From Fibrobacterota bacterium (GTDB taxonomy: Bacteria; Fibrobacterota; Fibrobacteria; UBA11236): a stretch of DNA of 64,000 nucleotides. Every line of letters begins with the position of its first letter. The first letter of the stretch is position 1. The translations under genes and the position numbers were made by a program. Below, piece by piece: positions 9,830 through 17,876 of this stretch. The notes under the pieces were generated by a model. The model searched no databases and was not told where the DNA came from. It was given only the letters and a program-made list of their open reading frames with translations. Where the stretch lies: positions 55 through 64,054 of the forward strand of contig JAYUVP010000077.1 in NCBI GenBank assembly GCA_043753995.1, in the 5' to 3' direction.

Positions 9830-10107
9830 TTGCTGCGATCGAAAAGCACATCATGCGAAAGCAAGCCTTCACGGAATAACGCGTCCTCAATGCGGGCCGC
9901 ATACTCTTCGGCCTTCGCATCTTCGCCTCTGACTTGGTATAGCCGGACAATGTCGCCTAGCGCCGTGTCTTCGTCCCGTGGGAATGAGCGAATGGTCTCT
10001 TCGGGCGCATCGCCAAAGAGTTCTTCCAGCTCGCTACGGGTGGGTTTGTGGTCCCAGAGGTTTTCCATTGCCCGAATAATGTACCCCTCGAATGGCGGAC
10101 GCGCCAA
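9826..10107 (-). CDS. small acidic hypothetical protein on the opposite strand of the late operon
   Basis: 93 aa, TTG start in track. Fits exactly between F and G on the antisense strand. Coding status unverified. Confidence 0.3.
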   Translation of the reverse strand: MARPPFEGYIIRAMENLWDHKPTRSELEELFGDAPEETIRSFPRDEDTALGDIVRLYQVRGEDAKAEEYAARIEDALFREGLLSHDVLFDRSN

Positions 10108-10721
10108 GGAGTTTCAGGGACAACCCTGAAACGGCCTTTAAACGCCACAAAAACCCCATGCTGAAAAACATCACCGACAAGGCCGTGCTCGACCATCTCG
10201 CCAAGGTGGCGGCCCAAGTGCAGGACACCGCCCCGCTCATGGTGGAGCTATCAGGCGACCTGCATGCAGCCGTCGAGGAGAATTTTGAGGCACAGGGCCC
10301 AGGTTGGGCTCCGCTTGCCAAGAGCACCATCGCTGAGCGGCAGCGCAAGGGATATTGGCCGGGCAAGATTCTAAACCGTCATGGCGGCGCGGGGCTGGTG
10401 GGCAGCATCACCGCCGACAGCGATGTCAACACGGCCACGGCGGGCACGAATAAGCGCTATGCCCAGGCCCTCAACGATGGTGCGGAAATACATCAGGCGG
10501 CGCGCTCGAATCTGTATTCGAGCAAGCGCAAGACCAAGGGGAAGGGCAAGGGGCAGTTTACTGCGGGGACGGGGACTGAGACTGCGGGGGGCAAGGGTAA
10601 GTCGAGCTTCGGGGAGCGGGTGATTAAAATCCCGGGGCGAGCCTTTATGCTGCTGCACCCTCAGCAATTGCAGAGGGTGATGGATACGGCTACGGCGTGG
10701 CTGAAAAAAACGGTGGGATGA
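10092..10721 (+). CDS. Mu G-like virion morphogenesis protein
   Basis: Gene order F then G as in Mu. Probable true start MLKNITDK at about 10158. Gly/Lys-rich C-terminal region. Confidence 0.6.
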   Translation: MADAPRSFRDNPETAFKRHKNPMLKNITDKAVLDHLAKVAAQVQDTAPLMVELSGDLHAAVEENFEAQGPGWAPLAKSTIAERQRKGYWPGKILNRHGGAGLVGSITADSDVNTATAGTNKRYAQALNDGAEIHQAARSNLYSSKRKTKGKGKGQFTAGTGTETAGGKGKSSFGERVIKIPGRAFMLLHPQQLQRVMDTATAWLKKTVG

Positions 10722-10798
10722 AGTCTTTAAACAAATGGGCTGAGTGACAAGAAAACCGACACTGCAAGACGCTGTCGCTACGTTACTTCCGTGACATT

Positions 10799-11677
10799 TT
10801 GGTTTTACCTTTTCGGCCAATGCTATCTGAAAAAGTGTATCGATTAGGCAGCCGAATCCTACGGAAGAAAATCTTTTATTTGGAATGGGCTGGGACCTCT
10901 ATCCTTGCTTTGCTTGGTTTTTATGCGGACGCTAATTCTGTTTTCGGCGGCATCAATGCAAAAAGTGATTGGCTTTCAGCGGGTGGTTTAATTGTCTTTG
11001 GAAGTTTGAATATTCTCCTTATTCAAGGCTTCACTGTATACCGTATTCGGTATAGACGAGCCCAGCGGGCATACGAATCGATACATCTCGTGGCGGAAGA
11101 GATTCGCAATTTGCGGGGAGATTCTCGCCTTAGTCGCGAGACATGCCTAAGGGCAATTCACAAAGTTTGCTTCCGGCACATTGACGCCATCATGACAGAT
11201 TTCGTTGGCTTTAAAACCTGCATTACCCTGAAGTACGTGAAATCTGGCCTATTGGTTGCCTTGCGTTCAGAAAATCAAGCTGGACGTTATTCCACTCCGG
11301 AGAATGCAGCCGACAACTTAATTTTTTCCAACTTCACCCTACACGACGGCAAATACAAGGTTATGCATGTTACGGACATCGAAAATCAACCTTGCATGGA
11401 AAAGCATTTTGGAGTTGCCTTTGATTCCGTGCTGACTCGGGCCAAGACGAAATATCGTTCTTTTTTAGCCCTGCCGATTCGAAAGAGCAACTATACTCAA
11501 GGCGAGTTGTCCATGAGGCAGACCATAGGTATCTTAGGAATCGATTCTAGCCGTCCTTGTGCATTTGAGGATCTAGAGCCAGGGGATTACCAAGCCCTTT
11601 ATTCTGTTGTCGACATTTTAGCTGAAGCAGTCCTATACTTGCAGGGCTGTCCGGAGGTCGAAAATGCCCCAAGTTAA
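10799..11677 (+). CDS. two-TM membrane protein with C-terminal GAF-like domain (prophage moron)
   Basis: Two hydrophobic helices (residues about 33-52 and 58-82), then an approximately 200-aa soluble domain. Its C-terminal signature ...SFLALPIRKSN..IGILGIDSSRP..F...D...L..V.DILAEAV is typical of GAF folds. The gene is markedly AT-richer than its flanks. Confidence 0.5.
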   Translation: MVLPFRPMLSEKVYRLGSRILRKKIFYLEWAGTSILALLGFYADANSVFGGINAKSDWLSAGGLIVFGSLNILLIQGFTVYRIRYRRAQRAYESIHLVAEEIRNLRGDSRLSRETCLRAIHKVCFRHIDAIMTDFVGFKTCITLKYVKSGLLVALRSENQAGRYSTPENAADNLIFSNFTLHDGKYKVMHVTDIENQPCMEKHFGVAFDSVLTRAKTKYRSFLALPIRKSNYTQGELSMRQTIGILGIDSSRPCAFEDLEPGDYQALYSVVDILAEAVLYLQGCPEVENAPS

Positions 11678-11873
11678 CGCTGGCTCGATTGTGCGCACCG
11701 ATTTTTCAGTTGAAGAAAAGCGTGCAATCCACAGGTTCGTTTCGGAACGGCTGGCTGAAATCAAAAGCACGATTGAATTTGGTCCCATTTCAATCAGTAT
11801 TAACGGCAAGACCGTAGTGATGTATAACTATGAAGACAGCTTGGACGTCGTCGCCGCAGCGAATCTAGACTAG
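11664..11873 (+). CDS. small hypothetical protein, translationally coupled partner of the TM-GAF gene
   Basis: 69 aa. Overlaps the upstream gene by 14 nt. Same low GC. Confidence 0.35.
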   Translation: MPQVNAGSIVRTDFSVEEKRAIHRFVSERLAEIKSTIEFGPISISINGKTVVMYNYEDSLDVVAAANLD

Positions 11874-11910
11874 ACCGGGCTTAGCCAGCGCTTCGAGCCG
11901 CAAGCTCTCC

Positions 11911-12309
11911 TTAATCCTTCAGAATCAAAACCGTGAAGAGCACTCCGCCCGCCGTCAAGGCCAAGGTGAGGACCTGAACAAAGGCCATAGTTTCAAGAGC
12001 CTTTGCCATCCTATCCAATTCCGGCTTTATTGATTCAGGCTGTGGGCAAACTACAGTCTGGTCGCGCAGAATCGTTTTACTGGTCTCAACCGGCCTTGTC
12101 GTCACTGTGTACTTATCGCCATTTTTGTCCACGCGCACATCAGTTTTTGCATTCAAGGTTTTCGCCGCACGCGCGCCATCTCCCGTCGTGTCCCCTTCAA
12201 GGCGCTCCACCGTCGAATCAGGTGCGCAGCACTTAACCACCTCGGCAGCCTGACAATACCCAGCCACCACAATCAAACCGGACGCAATGGCTAAGCCCTT
12301 TAAACGCAT
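11911..12309 (-). CDS. exported hypothetical protein with C-terminal membrane anchor
   Basis: Signal peptide MRLKGLAIASGLIVVAGYC and a C-terminal hydrophobic helix. Confidence 0.45.
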   Translation of the reverse strand: MRLKGLAIASGLIVVAGYCQAAEVVKCCAPDSTVERLEGDTTGDGARAAKTLNAKTDVRVDKNGDKYTVTTRPVETSKTILRDQTVVCPQPESIKPELDRMAKALETMAFVQVLTLALTAGGVLFTVLILKD

Positions 12310-12345
12310 TTCTATCCCTTTGAAATTGTTATACCGCCAACCACC

Positions 12346-12891
12346 TCACCAATTCGCCGTGTCCTTTTTGGCCTCGCCAATTGCCGCCCAAAGGGTCGCC
12401 TCCAGCAATCCCGATTCGGTCTTTGCTTTTTCCTGAAGGTCGGTCCAGGTCTTTTGGTTTTGTTGCTTCTTCAGCCCCTCGGGGATACTTGGCGCCGACG
12501 TCAGGAATCCAACACTCCCCCAAGCCGACTTGCCTTCGTGGCGAAAGTCCCGGAATTCATAACGGTATCTCCCGTCCTTCACATCCACGATGAACGTGTA
12601 GTTGACGTATCCCCTTATTCCATCTGAACCCATAAAAACCACGGGCTCATACTCGAAGTTTGCTTTGCCTATGATTCGGCCTCGCTGTGGATTCTTGTAC
12701 TTAATGACTTCATTCGAAGAACCAAAAGTCAGCGCAGCCCACTCTTCGATAACGCCAAACAAAGAATCCTTGCTCATTCCAGGAACTTGCGCGACACCGC
12801 GAAACTCTAGTGGTGGCGCAGAATCCTTCTCGCCGCCAAATGCAACAGCAGCAATGAACCCGCAAGCAATTACCAAGCCTTTTAAACGCAT
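12346..12891 (-). CDS. exported hypothetical protein (DUF4468-like?)
   Basis: Signal peptide MRLKGLVIACGFIAAVAF, nearly identical to that of the neighbouring gene. RBS AAAAGG 12 nt upstream. Confidence 0.45.
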   Translation of the reverse strand: MRLKGLVIACGFIAAVAFGGEKDSAPPLEFRGVAQVPGMSKDSLFGVIEEWAALTFGSSNEVIKYKNPQRGRIIGKANFEYEPVVFMGSDGIRGYVNYTFIVDVKDGRYRYEFRDFRHEGKSAWGSVGFLTSAPSIPEGLKKQQNQKTWTDLQEKAKTESGLLEATLWAAIGEAKKDTANW

Positions 12892-12902
12892 CCTAAAACC
12901 TT

Positions 12903-13190
12903 TTGATTGTGTTTTAACGCGACCGAACTCGTCCCGAAAATCCCCGCAGAGATTCAGGCTTCAGCGCCCAGAAGGACAGCCGTTGCCCCTGTGTTCTCCG
13001 TAAGTTACTCAGGGCATCCCTTACACCAAAAACATAGCCCCAAGGACGGGGCGCCAAGGAAAGAAACCCTCATGGCTTCCGCTTCTCAGAAGGCGCGCCA
13101 GCGGCGCGATCGTTTGGCACGTTCTGCGGCTTTACTTGTGAAATGTTTTGAGTTGCGATTGATTTTGTGTAATCCACCAAACGCGTCAGC
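12903..13190. repeat. two copies of a TTGATT(T)TGTGT..AACGCG motif flanking the 3' end of the repressor gene (operator/enhancer or alternative element-end candidate)
   Basis: Copy 1 at 12903-12928 (ttgattgtgttttaacgcgaccgaac). Copy 2 at 13159-13189 (ttgattttgtgtaatccaccaaacgcgtcag). A third site at 12933-12951 (cccgaaaatccccgcagag) is similar to the AAAAACGCGAAAG core. Confidence 0.35.
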
Positions 13191-13630
13191 CTCCGTCGAA
13201 ACTGCTCTTCCCGCCCCTCAGCTCGGAGCTCCCGCAACTCATCAATCGCCATCCCAATTAGCTCAGCTCGAACCGATTCAGAAAACCCAGGGCCATCTCC
13301 CAATAGTTCAAGAACCGTTTTTTGAGCCAAAAGCAGATCGTCGCCACGAGTCCTTTTTGACTTGAATACGACAGGCTGTTGAGGAGGGGGAGCTTCGCCC
13401 CCATGAAACCATTCGCTAAAAACACGAAATTGCTCAGGCGAAAGACTCTTATTTAGCGTTTGCCACTGAATTCCTCGCTTTCTCCAATTAACGATAGCGG
13501 AGTCTGTGACTCCCAAAGCTTGAGCCAGAGCTCGATTAGAGCCGTGGCCTTTCGTGATTTGCAGCGAATCTTTTAGCTGCTCAAGCGCTTCATCAATTGT
13601 TCTCAAAGTCAAAACCCAAAAAAAGTTCAA
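13070..13630 (-). CDS. Mu c-like repressor (HTH DNA-binding)
   Basis: HTH segment RALAQALGVTDSAIVNWRKRG. Divergent from ner/A/B, as the Mu c repressor is. TTG start in track, so the true start may be internal. Confidence 0.55.
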   Translation of the reverse strand: MNFFWVLTLRTIDEALEQLKDSLQITKGHGSNRALAQALGVTDSAIVNWRKRGIQWQTLNKSLSPEQFRVFSEWFHGGEAPPPQQPVVFKSKRTRGDDLLLAQKTVLELLGDGPGFSESVRAELIGMAIDELRELRAEGREEQFRRRLTRLVDYTKSIATQNISQVKPQNVPNDRAAGAPSEKRKP

Positions 13631-13631
13631 T

Positions 13632-13668
13632 TTTCACTTGTGAATGTTTCACAAGGTGTCTATTATGG
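13632..13668. promoter_or_regulatory. divergent c/ner promoter-operator region with TTCACTTGTGAA palindrome
   Basis: Perfect palindrome ttcacttgtgaa at about 13634-13645, followed by a related half-site tgtttcacaagg. It sits between the divergent repressor and ner-like genes. Confidence 0.45.
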
Positions 13669-13895
13669 TGGTCGTGAGACAACCTAAGACTAAACCTAAG
13701 AAAGCGCCGAGCACTCTCCAGCTTTTGATTGCAGCTCGGTCAATATCTGGAATTTCGGCGACCCAATTTGCCGAATCGCTTGGCGTAACTAGGCAAGCTG
13801 TCCTTGAGACCGCAAAAAATCCGCGGAAGTCCCAGCGAATCGCATCAGCAATCCGACGCTTCATTTCACTTCATGTCTCGGCAGAGGTAGCATGA
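13644..13895 (+). CDS. Ner-like small DNA-binding regulator
   Basis: 83 aa with HTH (ISATQFAESLGVTRQAVLET). Immediately upstream of the transposase and overlapping it by ATGA. The start may be the internal ATG at 13665. Confidence 0.55.
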   Translation: MFHKVSIMVVVRQPKTKPKKAPSTLQLLIAARSISGISATQFAESLGVTRQAVLETAKNPRKSQRIASAIRRFISLHVSAEVA

Positions 13896-15952
13896 CCCGC
13901 TCCACTGCCCTAAAAGTTTCCTCGGCATCACCAGCTGCCAAAACCTCGACCCCAACATCCTGTCCGATGCTGTCGACTCGCGAGGTCGCCGAATTGATTG
14001 GCGTAAGCGATGAGCGGAATCTGCGCCGCGACCTACGTCGAGGGCGCTTCGAGTTCACCTGTGAACCCACTTCAAACGGCCTTCAATACCGCATTGCGCT
14101 GACCTCGCTCCCGCTCGACGCCCAGCTCCGCTACTGGCAAGCCCGTGGCGTGGCCATGCCATCCACCGTCACGCCAGTCGCGCCCACGCTTTCGCCCAGC
14201 CAGGAAATTGAAGTCGAAATGAGCATTCTAGCCCGCGCGCCCATGCACGCGCGCAAAAAGGCCGACAAGTATCTCGCCATTCTCAATGCGGCCGAGGGCC
14301 TCAAGGGTCATGAGCTGCGCGGCTTCATCACCGCCTGGAACAAGAGCAACCCGACTTTCCAAACCAGCTATCAGCGCGTGCTGCAAGCTCGTAAGGATTA
14401 TAGCGAAGGCGGTGTCGCGTCCCTACTCGCTCGCTATGGCTGGCGTGCCGGTGAAACCGCCGTGCCCGACGCCCACTTTCAATTCTTCCTCACCCTCTAT
14501 CTCAAAGAGGGTGGCGCTCCGCTCTATACCTGCTGGGTCGCGACCATGGGGCATTTCGGCAAGACCGACGCCACCATCACCATCGACAATTATCCCAGCC
14601 ATTATGCCTTTCAACGCCGCTTGGAGCGGGAAGTCCCGCTCCCCGCCATCGTCAAGGCCCGCGAGGGTGAAGCCATCTATGCCCGCCGCTTCGGCAGTTT
14701 CATCGAACGCGACCTGAGCGCGATCGCCCCCGGCGATTGTTGGATTTCTGATCACGCTCAAATCGACGTGATGATGATTGCGCCCGATGGCAAATTCGTG
14801 CGCCCATGGATCACGGCATGGCGCGATTTTAAGTCGGGAGCTTGGCTCGGCTGGTATGTTCACGCGCAAGCGCCCAACTCCGATCACATTTTCCACGCCT
14901 TTCATTTAGCCGCCATCGAGCATGGCCTACCGACCGACATCCTGATTGATAATGGCAAGGACTATCGCTCGAAAGATTTCGCCGGCGGACGTAAGCCTAT
15001 AGACGAGGTGCAAGCCCGCTCCCTCGTCGGCGCTCTCGGTATCTCCGCGCATTTCGCACGGCCATACAATGCCCGCGCCAAGACCATCGAACGCGATTTC
15101 CACACGCAAAAACTTTGGTTCTCAAAATTCATGCGCGGCTATACCGGCGGCAGCGTCACCGAAAAGCCCGAAGCACTAGAGCGCGACAAGTCTTCGGGCT
15201 CATGCATGCGCCTCGGCGATTTCATTGCCTTGTTCGACACCTTCGTCAAAGACGTGCTCAATGCCATGCCCTCCTGGAGCAAGGTCAATCAAGGCTTACC
15301 GCGTCAGGCTTATTTCGATGCGCATTGCCCAGCCCGCCGCCGCGTCAGCCCCGAAGCTCTAGCCCTTTTCTGCATGCGTACCGACGGCAACTTCGCCATC
15401 GGTCGCAATGGCATCCACGACAGCAAGCACGGCGTGACTTATTGGGATGAGCGCCTAGTCGCCATGGCTGGCCGCACACGCTGCTATCTGCGCCGCGACC
15501 CGCGCAATCACTTAGAGGCATGGGTCTATAACGACGCCACCAACGAATTGATTTGCAAAGCCCACGCCATCGAATCACCTGCGGCCCTGGTGCGCACCGA
15601 AGCCGATCGCCACACCTTGCAGCGCGAAACCAAGCGGGCAGCAACGCAGACCAAGATCATCAACTCATTCACGAAGCAGGGTGTGCAGCCTCCACCCGCC
15701 GACATCATCGCGGCTATGGCTTCTGGCGCAAAAATTCTGACGGCGAAAAATGCGCCAGTGCCTGCGCGTGAAATTCCCGAGCAAATCAGCATCACCAAAA
15801 TGGATCACGCTATCGCAGCCGAGAAGCGCATGCAGCAAACCGGCAAGCATGACCCTGCGGCTGTTCGCCCGATGATGCAGCCCAAGAAAAAGAAAGAGTC
15901 GCTCTCGTTATTCGCCAGCGACTTGCCGCCGACAAAGCGCACGGCCAGCTAG
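13892..15952 (+). CDS. Mu-type DDE transposase (MuA family)
   Basis: 686 aa. N-terminal Mu DNA-binding-like domain. rve/DDE core region (...WISDHAQIDVMMIAPDG...). Followed by a MuB-like ATPase. Confidence 0.85.
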   Translation: MTRSTALKVSSASPAAKTSTPTSCPMLSTREVAELIGVSDERNLRRDLRRGRFEFTCEPTSNGLQYRIALTSLPLDAQLRYWQARGVAMPSTVTPVAPTLSPSQEIEVEMSILARAPMHARKKADKYLAILNAAEGLKGHELRGFITAWNKSNPTFQTSYQRVLQARKDYSEGGVASLLARYGWRAGETAVPDAHFQFFLTLYLKEGGAPLYTCWVATMGHFGKTDATITIDNYPSHYAFQRRLEREVPLPAIVKAREGEAIYARRFGSFIERDLSAIAPGDCWISDHAQIDVMMIAPDGKFVRPWITAWRDFKSGAWLGWYVHAQAPNSDHIFHAFHLAAIEHGLPTDILIDNGKDYRSKDFAGGRKPIDEVQARSLVGALGISAHFARPYNARAKTIERDFHTQKLWFSKFMRGYTGGSVTEKPEALERDKSSGSCMRLGDFIALFDTFVKDVLNAMPSWSKVNQGLPRQAYFDAHCPARRRVSPEALALFCMRTDGNFAIGRNGIHDSKHGVTYWDERLVAMAGRTRCYLRRDPRNHLEAWVYNDATNELICKAHAIESPAALVRTEADRHTLQRETKRAATQTKIINSFTKQGVQPPPADIIAAMASGAKILTAKNAPVPAREIPEQISITKMDHAIAAEKRMQQTGKHDPAAVRPMMQPKKKKESLSLFASDLPPTKRTAS

Positions 15953-15967
15953 CCCATAAAAAAACAA

Positions 15968-16960
15968 ATGCGGCAGCCACCCGAGGGCAACTGCCGCATC
16001 CCGTTGACCAAAGCCCCTCGATTAAAAGGAGCCAAGCCAGTGGCAAAAGTAGCAAGGAAGCAATACAACGACGAACTTCACGATAAGTTCATCGAATTCA
16101 TGAACGCACCGGGAGCCCCCTCCCAGTCCGACGTTGCCAAGGCGATGGGATGGTCGACGACCACCATCAGCCAATATCGAGGCCGAACCTATCAAGGGGA
16201 TGTCGATAAGCTTGAGCTTCAAATCACACAGTACATAGTTCGTGAGAAGGATCGCGCCGCTGCCCCAAAAATCAAAACAGATTTTGTCGAAACCTCTGTT
16301 GCCGCGCGAATTTGGGAGGTCGCCTACATCACCCACATGGACGGCGAGATCGGAGTATTGGTCGGCAAAGCTGGCATCGGCAAGACAAAAGGCTGCAAGC
16401 GTTACGCCGAACTCAATGATGACGCCTGCGTCTATTTGTGCGCTAACAAAAGCTGGACGGCTCGCGTGCTTTTCCGCAAAATCCTCGAATCGGTAGACGG
16501 GGCCATCACCGGGAACTTGTCACAGCTTTTCGACAATGCTGTGACCAAGCTAAAAGGCTCGGGTCGAATGTTCATCGTCGATCAGGCTGAATACTTGCCT
16601 CACACTGCGCTCGAAATGCTGCGCAGCCTGCATGACGACTCAGGAGTGAGTGTGTTGCTGGTTGGGTTGGTCAGCCTCTATCACAATTTGCGGCAAGAGG
16701 GTGGTAAGAACGAGCAAATCTATTCGCGTGTTGGCATCTACCACAACCTGGAAGCGCCGATGAGTGCTGAAGACGCCGCCATGCTCTTCTCGGCCATGAC
16801 TGGGCGCGTAGCTCCTGTCGGCGAACTCAATAAGCTGTGCCGCAATAATGCGCGCTCGCTGCAAAAACTCACTCGGCGAGGCACCGCTATCGCCGCCAAC
16901 AACAACCGCGAACTTGACGCCGAGTGCCTGACCGAGGCCGCCAAGTACGTGATGTTTTAA
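15968..16960 (+). CDS. MuB-like AAA+ transposition ATPase
   Basis: Walker A GKAGIGKT. Probable true start is GTG at 16040, preceded by AAAGGAG. Confidence 0.75.
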   Translation: MRQPPEGNCRIPLTKAPRLKGAKPVAKVARKQYNDELHDKFIEFMNAPGAPSQSDVAKAMGWSTTTISQYRGRTYQGDVDKLELQITQYIVREKDRAAAPKIKTDFVETSVAARIWEVAYITHMDGEIGVLVGKAGIGKTKGCKRYAELNDDACVYLCANKSWTARVLFRKILESVDGAITGNLSQLFDNAVTKLKGSGRMFIVDQAEYLPHTALEMLRSLHDDSGVSVLLVGLVSLYHNLRQEGGKNEQIYSRVGIYHNLEAPMSAEDAAMLFSAMTGRVAPVGELNKLCRNNARSLQKLTRRGTAIAANNNRELDAECLTEAAKYVMF

Positions 16961-16969
16961 GGGGGCTTT

Positions 16970-17203
16970 ATGGGATTCTCACAATCGATATCCGACAAGC
17001 CGAAATACTTTGCTGTCGAATACAAAAACAGCAAAGACCTTTTCTGCGTCACGCCTATGCAGGCGCACACGCAAGGCAATGCGCTCCGCAGCTTTAACAT
17101 CCTGGGCGTGGGGACTATGACATGCATTCGCGAAATCGACGAGCGCGAATACAATCAACTGCGCATGGAAAGCGAAGTGCGGGCCCAAGGGGGGAAAGGA
17201 TGA
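16970..17203 (+). CDS. hypothetical early protein
   Basis: 77 aa, first gene after MuB. No motif recognised. Confidence 0.35.
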   Translation: MGFSQSISDKPKYFAVEYKNSKDLFCVTPMQAHTQGNALRSFNILGVGTMTCIREIDEREYNQLRMESEVRAQGGKG

Positions 17204-17439
17204 AGGCGAAGACGATTCGTGCCACGCGGCTGGCGCTTGAAAAAGTGCACAGCACTGGCAAATATCCTTTCACTCCGCTGGGCGACATGCTGCTATTGCA
17301 TGGCCTTATTTGCCCGCCTTTCGGCGAGAAAAATTTGTCCAGACTGACGACGGATGGCGTCAAAATATTGGTCAAGCTGAATTTGCGTCTGCATGGTAGG
17401 GCTCGTTTCAGGTTTTGCCTGCAAGAGGCTTCAGCATGA
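17200..17439 (+). CDS. hypothetical early protein
   Basis: ATG at 17200 preceded by GGGGAAAGGA. 4-nt overlap with the upstream ORF. Chosen over the long antisense ORF 17115-18026. Confidence 0.3.
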   Translation: MKAKTIRATRLALEKVHSTGKYPFTPLGDMLLLHGLICPPFGEKNLSRLTTDGVKILVKLNLRLHGRARFRFCLQEASA

Positions 17440-17876
17440 GCAACGCCATCCAACTCAGAATCATTCACGCGGTGAAACGTGAGGCCGGAATCAAGGAAGG
17501 CGAATACCGCGACCTCTTGCGCGATATGTTCGATCGCGGTTCCAGCTCTGACCTTACTGAGAAGCAGGCAGATGAATTCATTACTCATCTGCGTGTGCTC
17601 GCTGGCCAACAAACCGGCGGCAAGGGCGTAAACCCGCACACGCATCTCGACAATCGACCGGGCTTTGCTTCTTCGAAGCAGCTCGGCATGCTCGAAGGAA
17701 TGTGGTCTGAGGTTTCCGTCGCAGAGAACAAACGCAAAGCCCTCGAATCCTTTTTGCGCGGGCGTTTCCGCATCAATGGCCTCGCTTGGATTCGCGAGCA
17801 TGAGGTGCGAAAGATTCACACGGCGATAAGCGCCATGCAGGCGCAGAAAAAGAAAGGAGTGGCCCATGTCGCATGA
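17436..17876 (+). CDS. GemA-like regulatory protein (Mu gp16, DUF1018 family)
   Basis: Probable start MSNAIQLRIIH. Size and sequence are typical of the GemA family (recall). Confidence 0.5.
   Translation: MSNAIQLRIIHAVKREAGIKEGEYRDLLRDMFDRGSSSDLTEKQADEFITHLRVLAGQQTGGKGVNPHTHLDNRPGFASSKQLGMLEGMWSEVSVAENKRKALESFLRGRFRINGLAWIREHEVRKIHTAISAMQAQKKKGVAHVA

Noticed and set aside
14423-14905. 160-aa minus-strand ORF inside the transposase gene
   Set aside because: Antisense to the MuA core. No independent signals.
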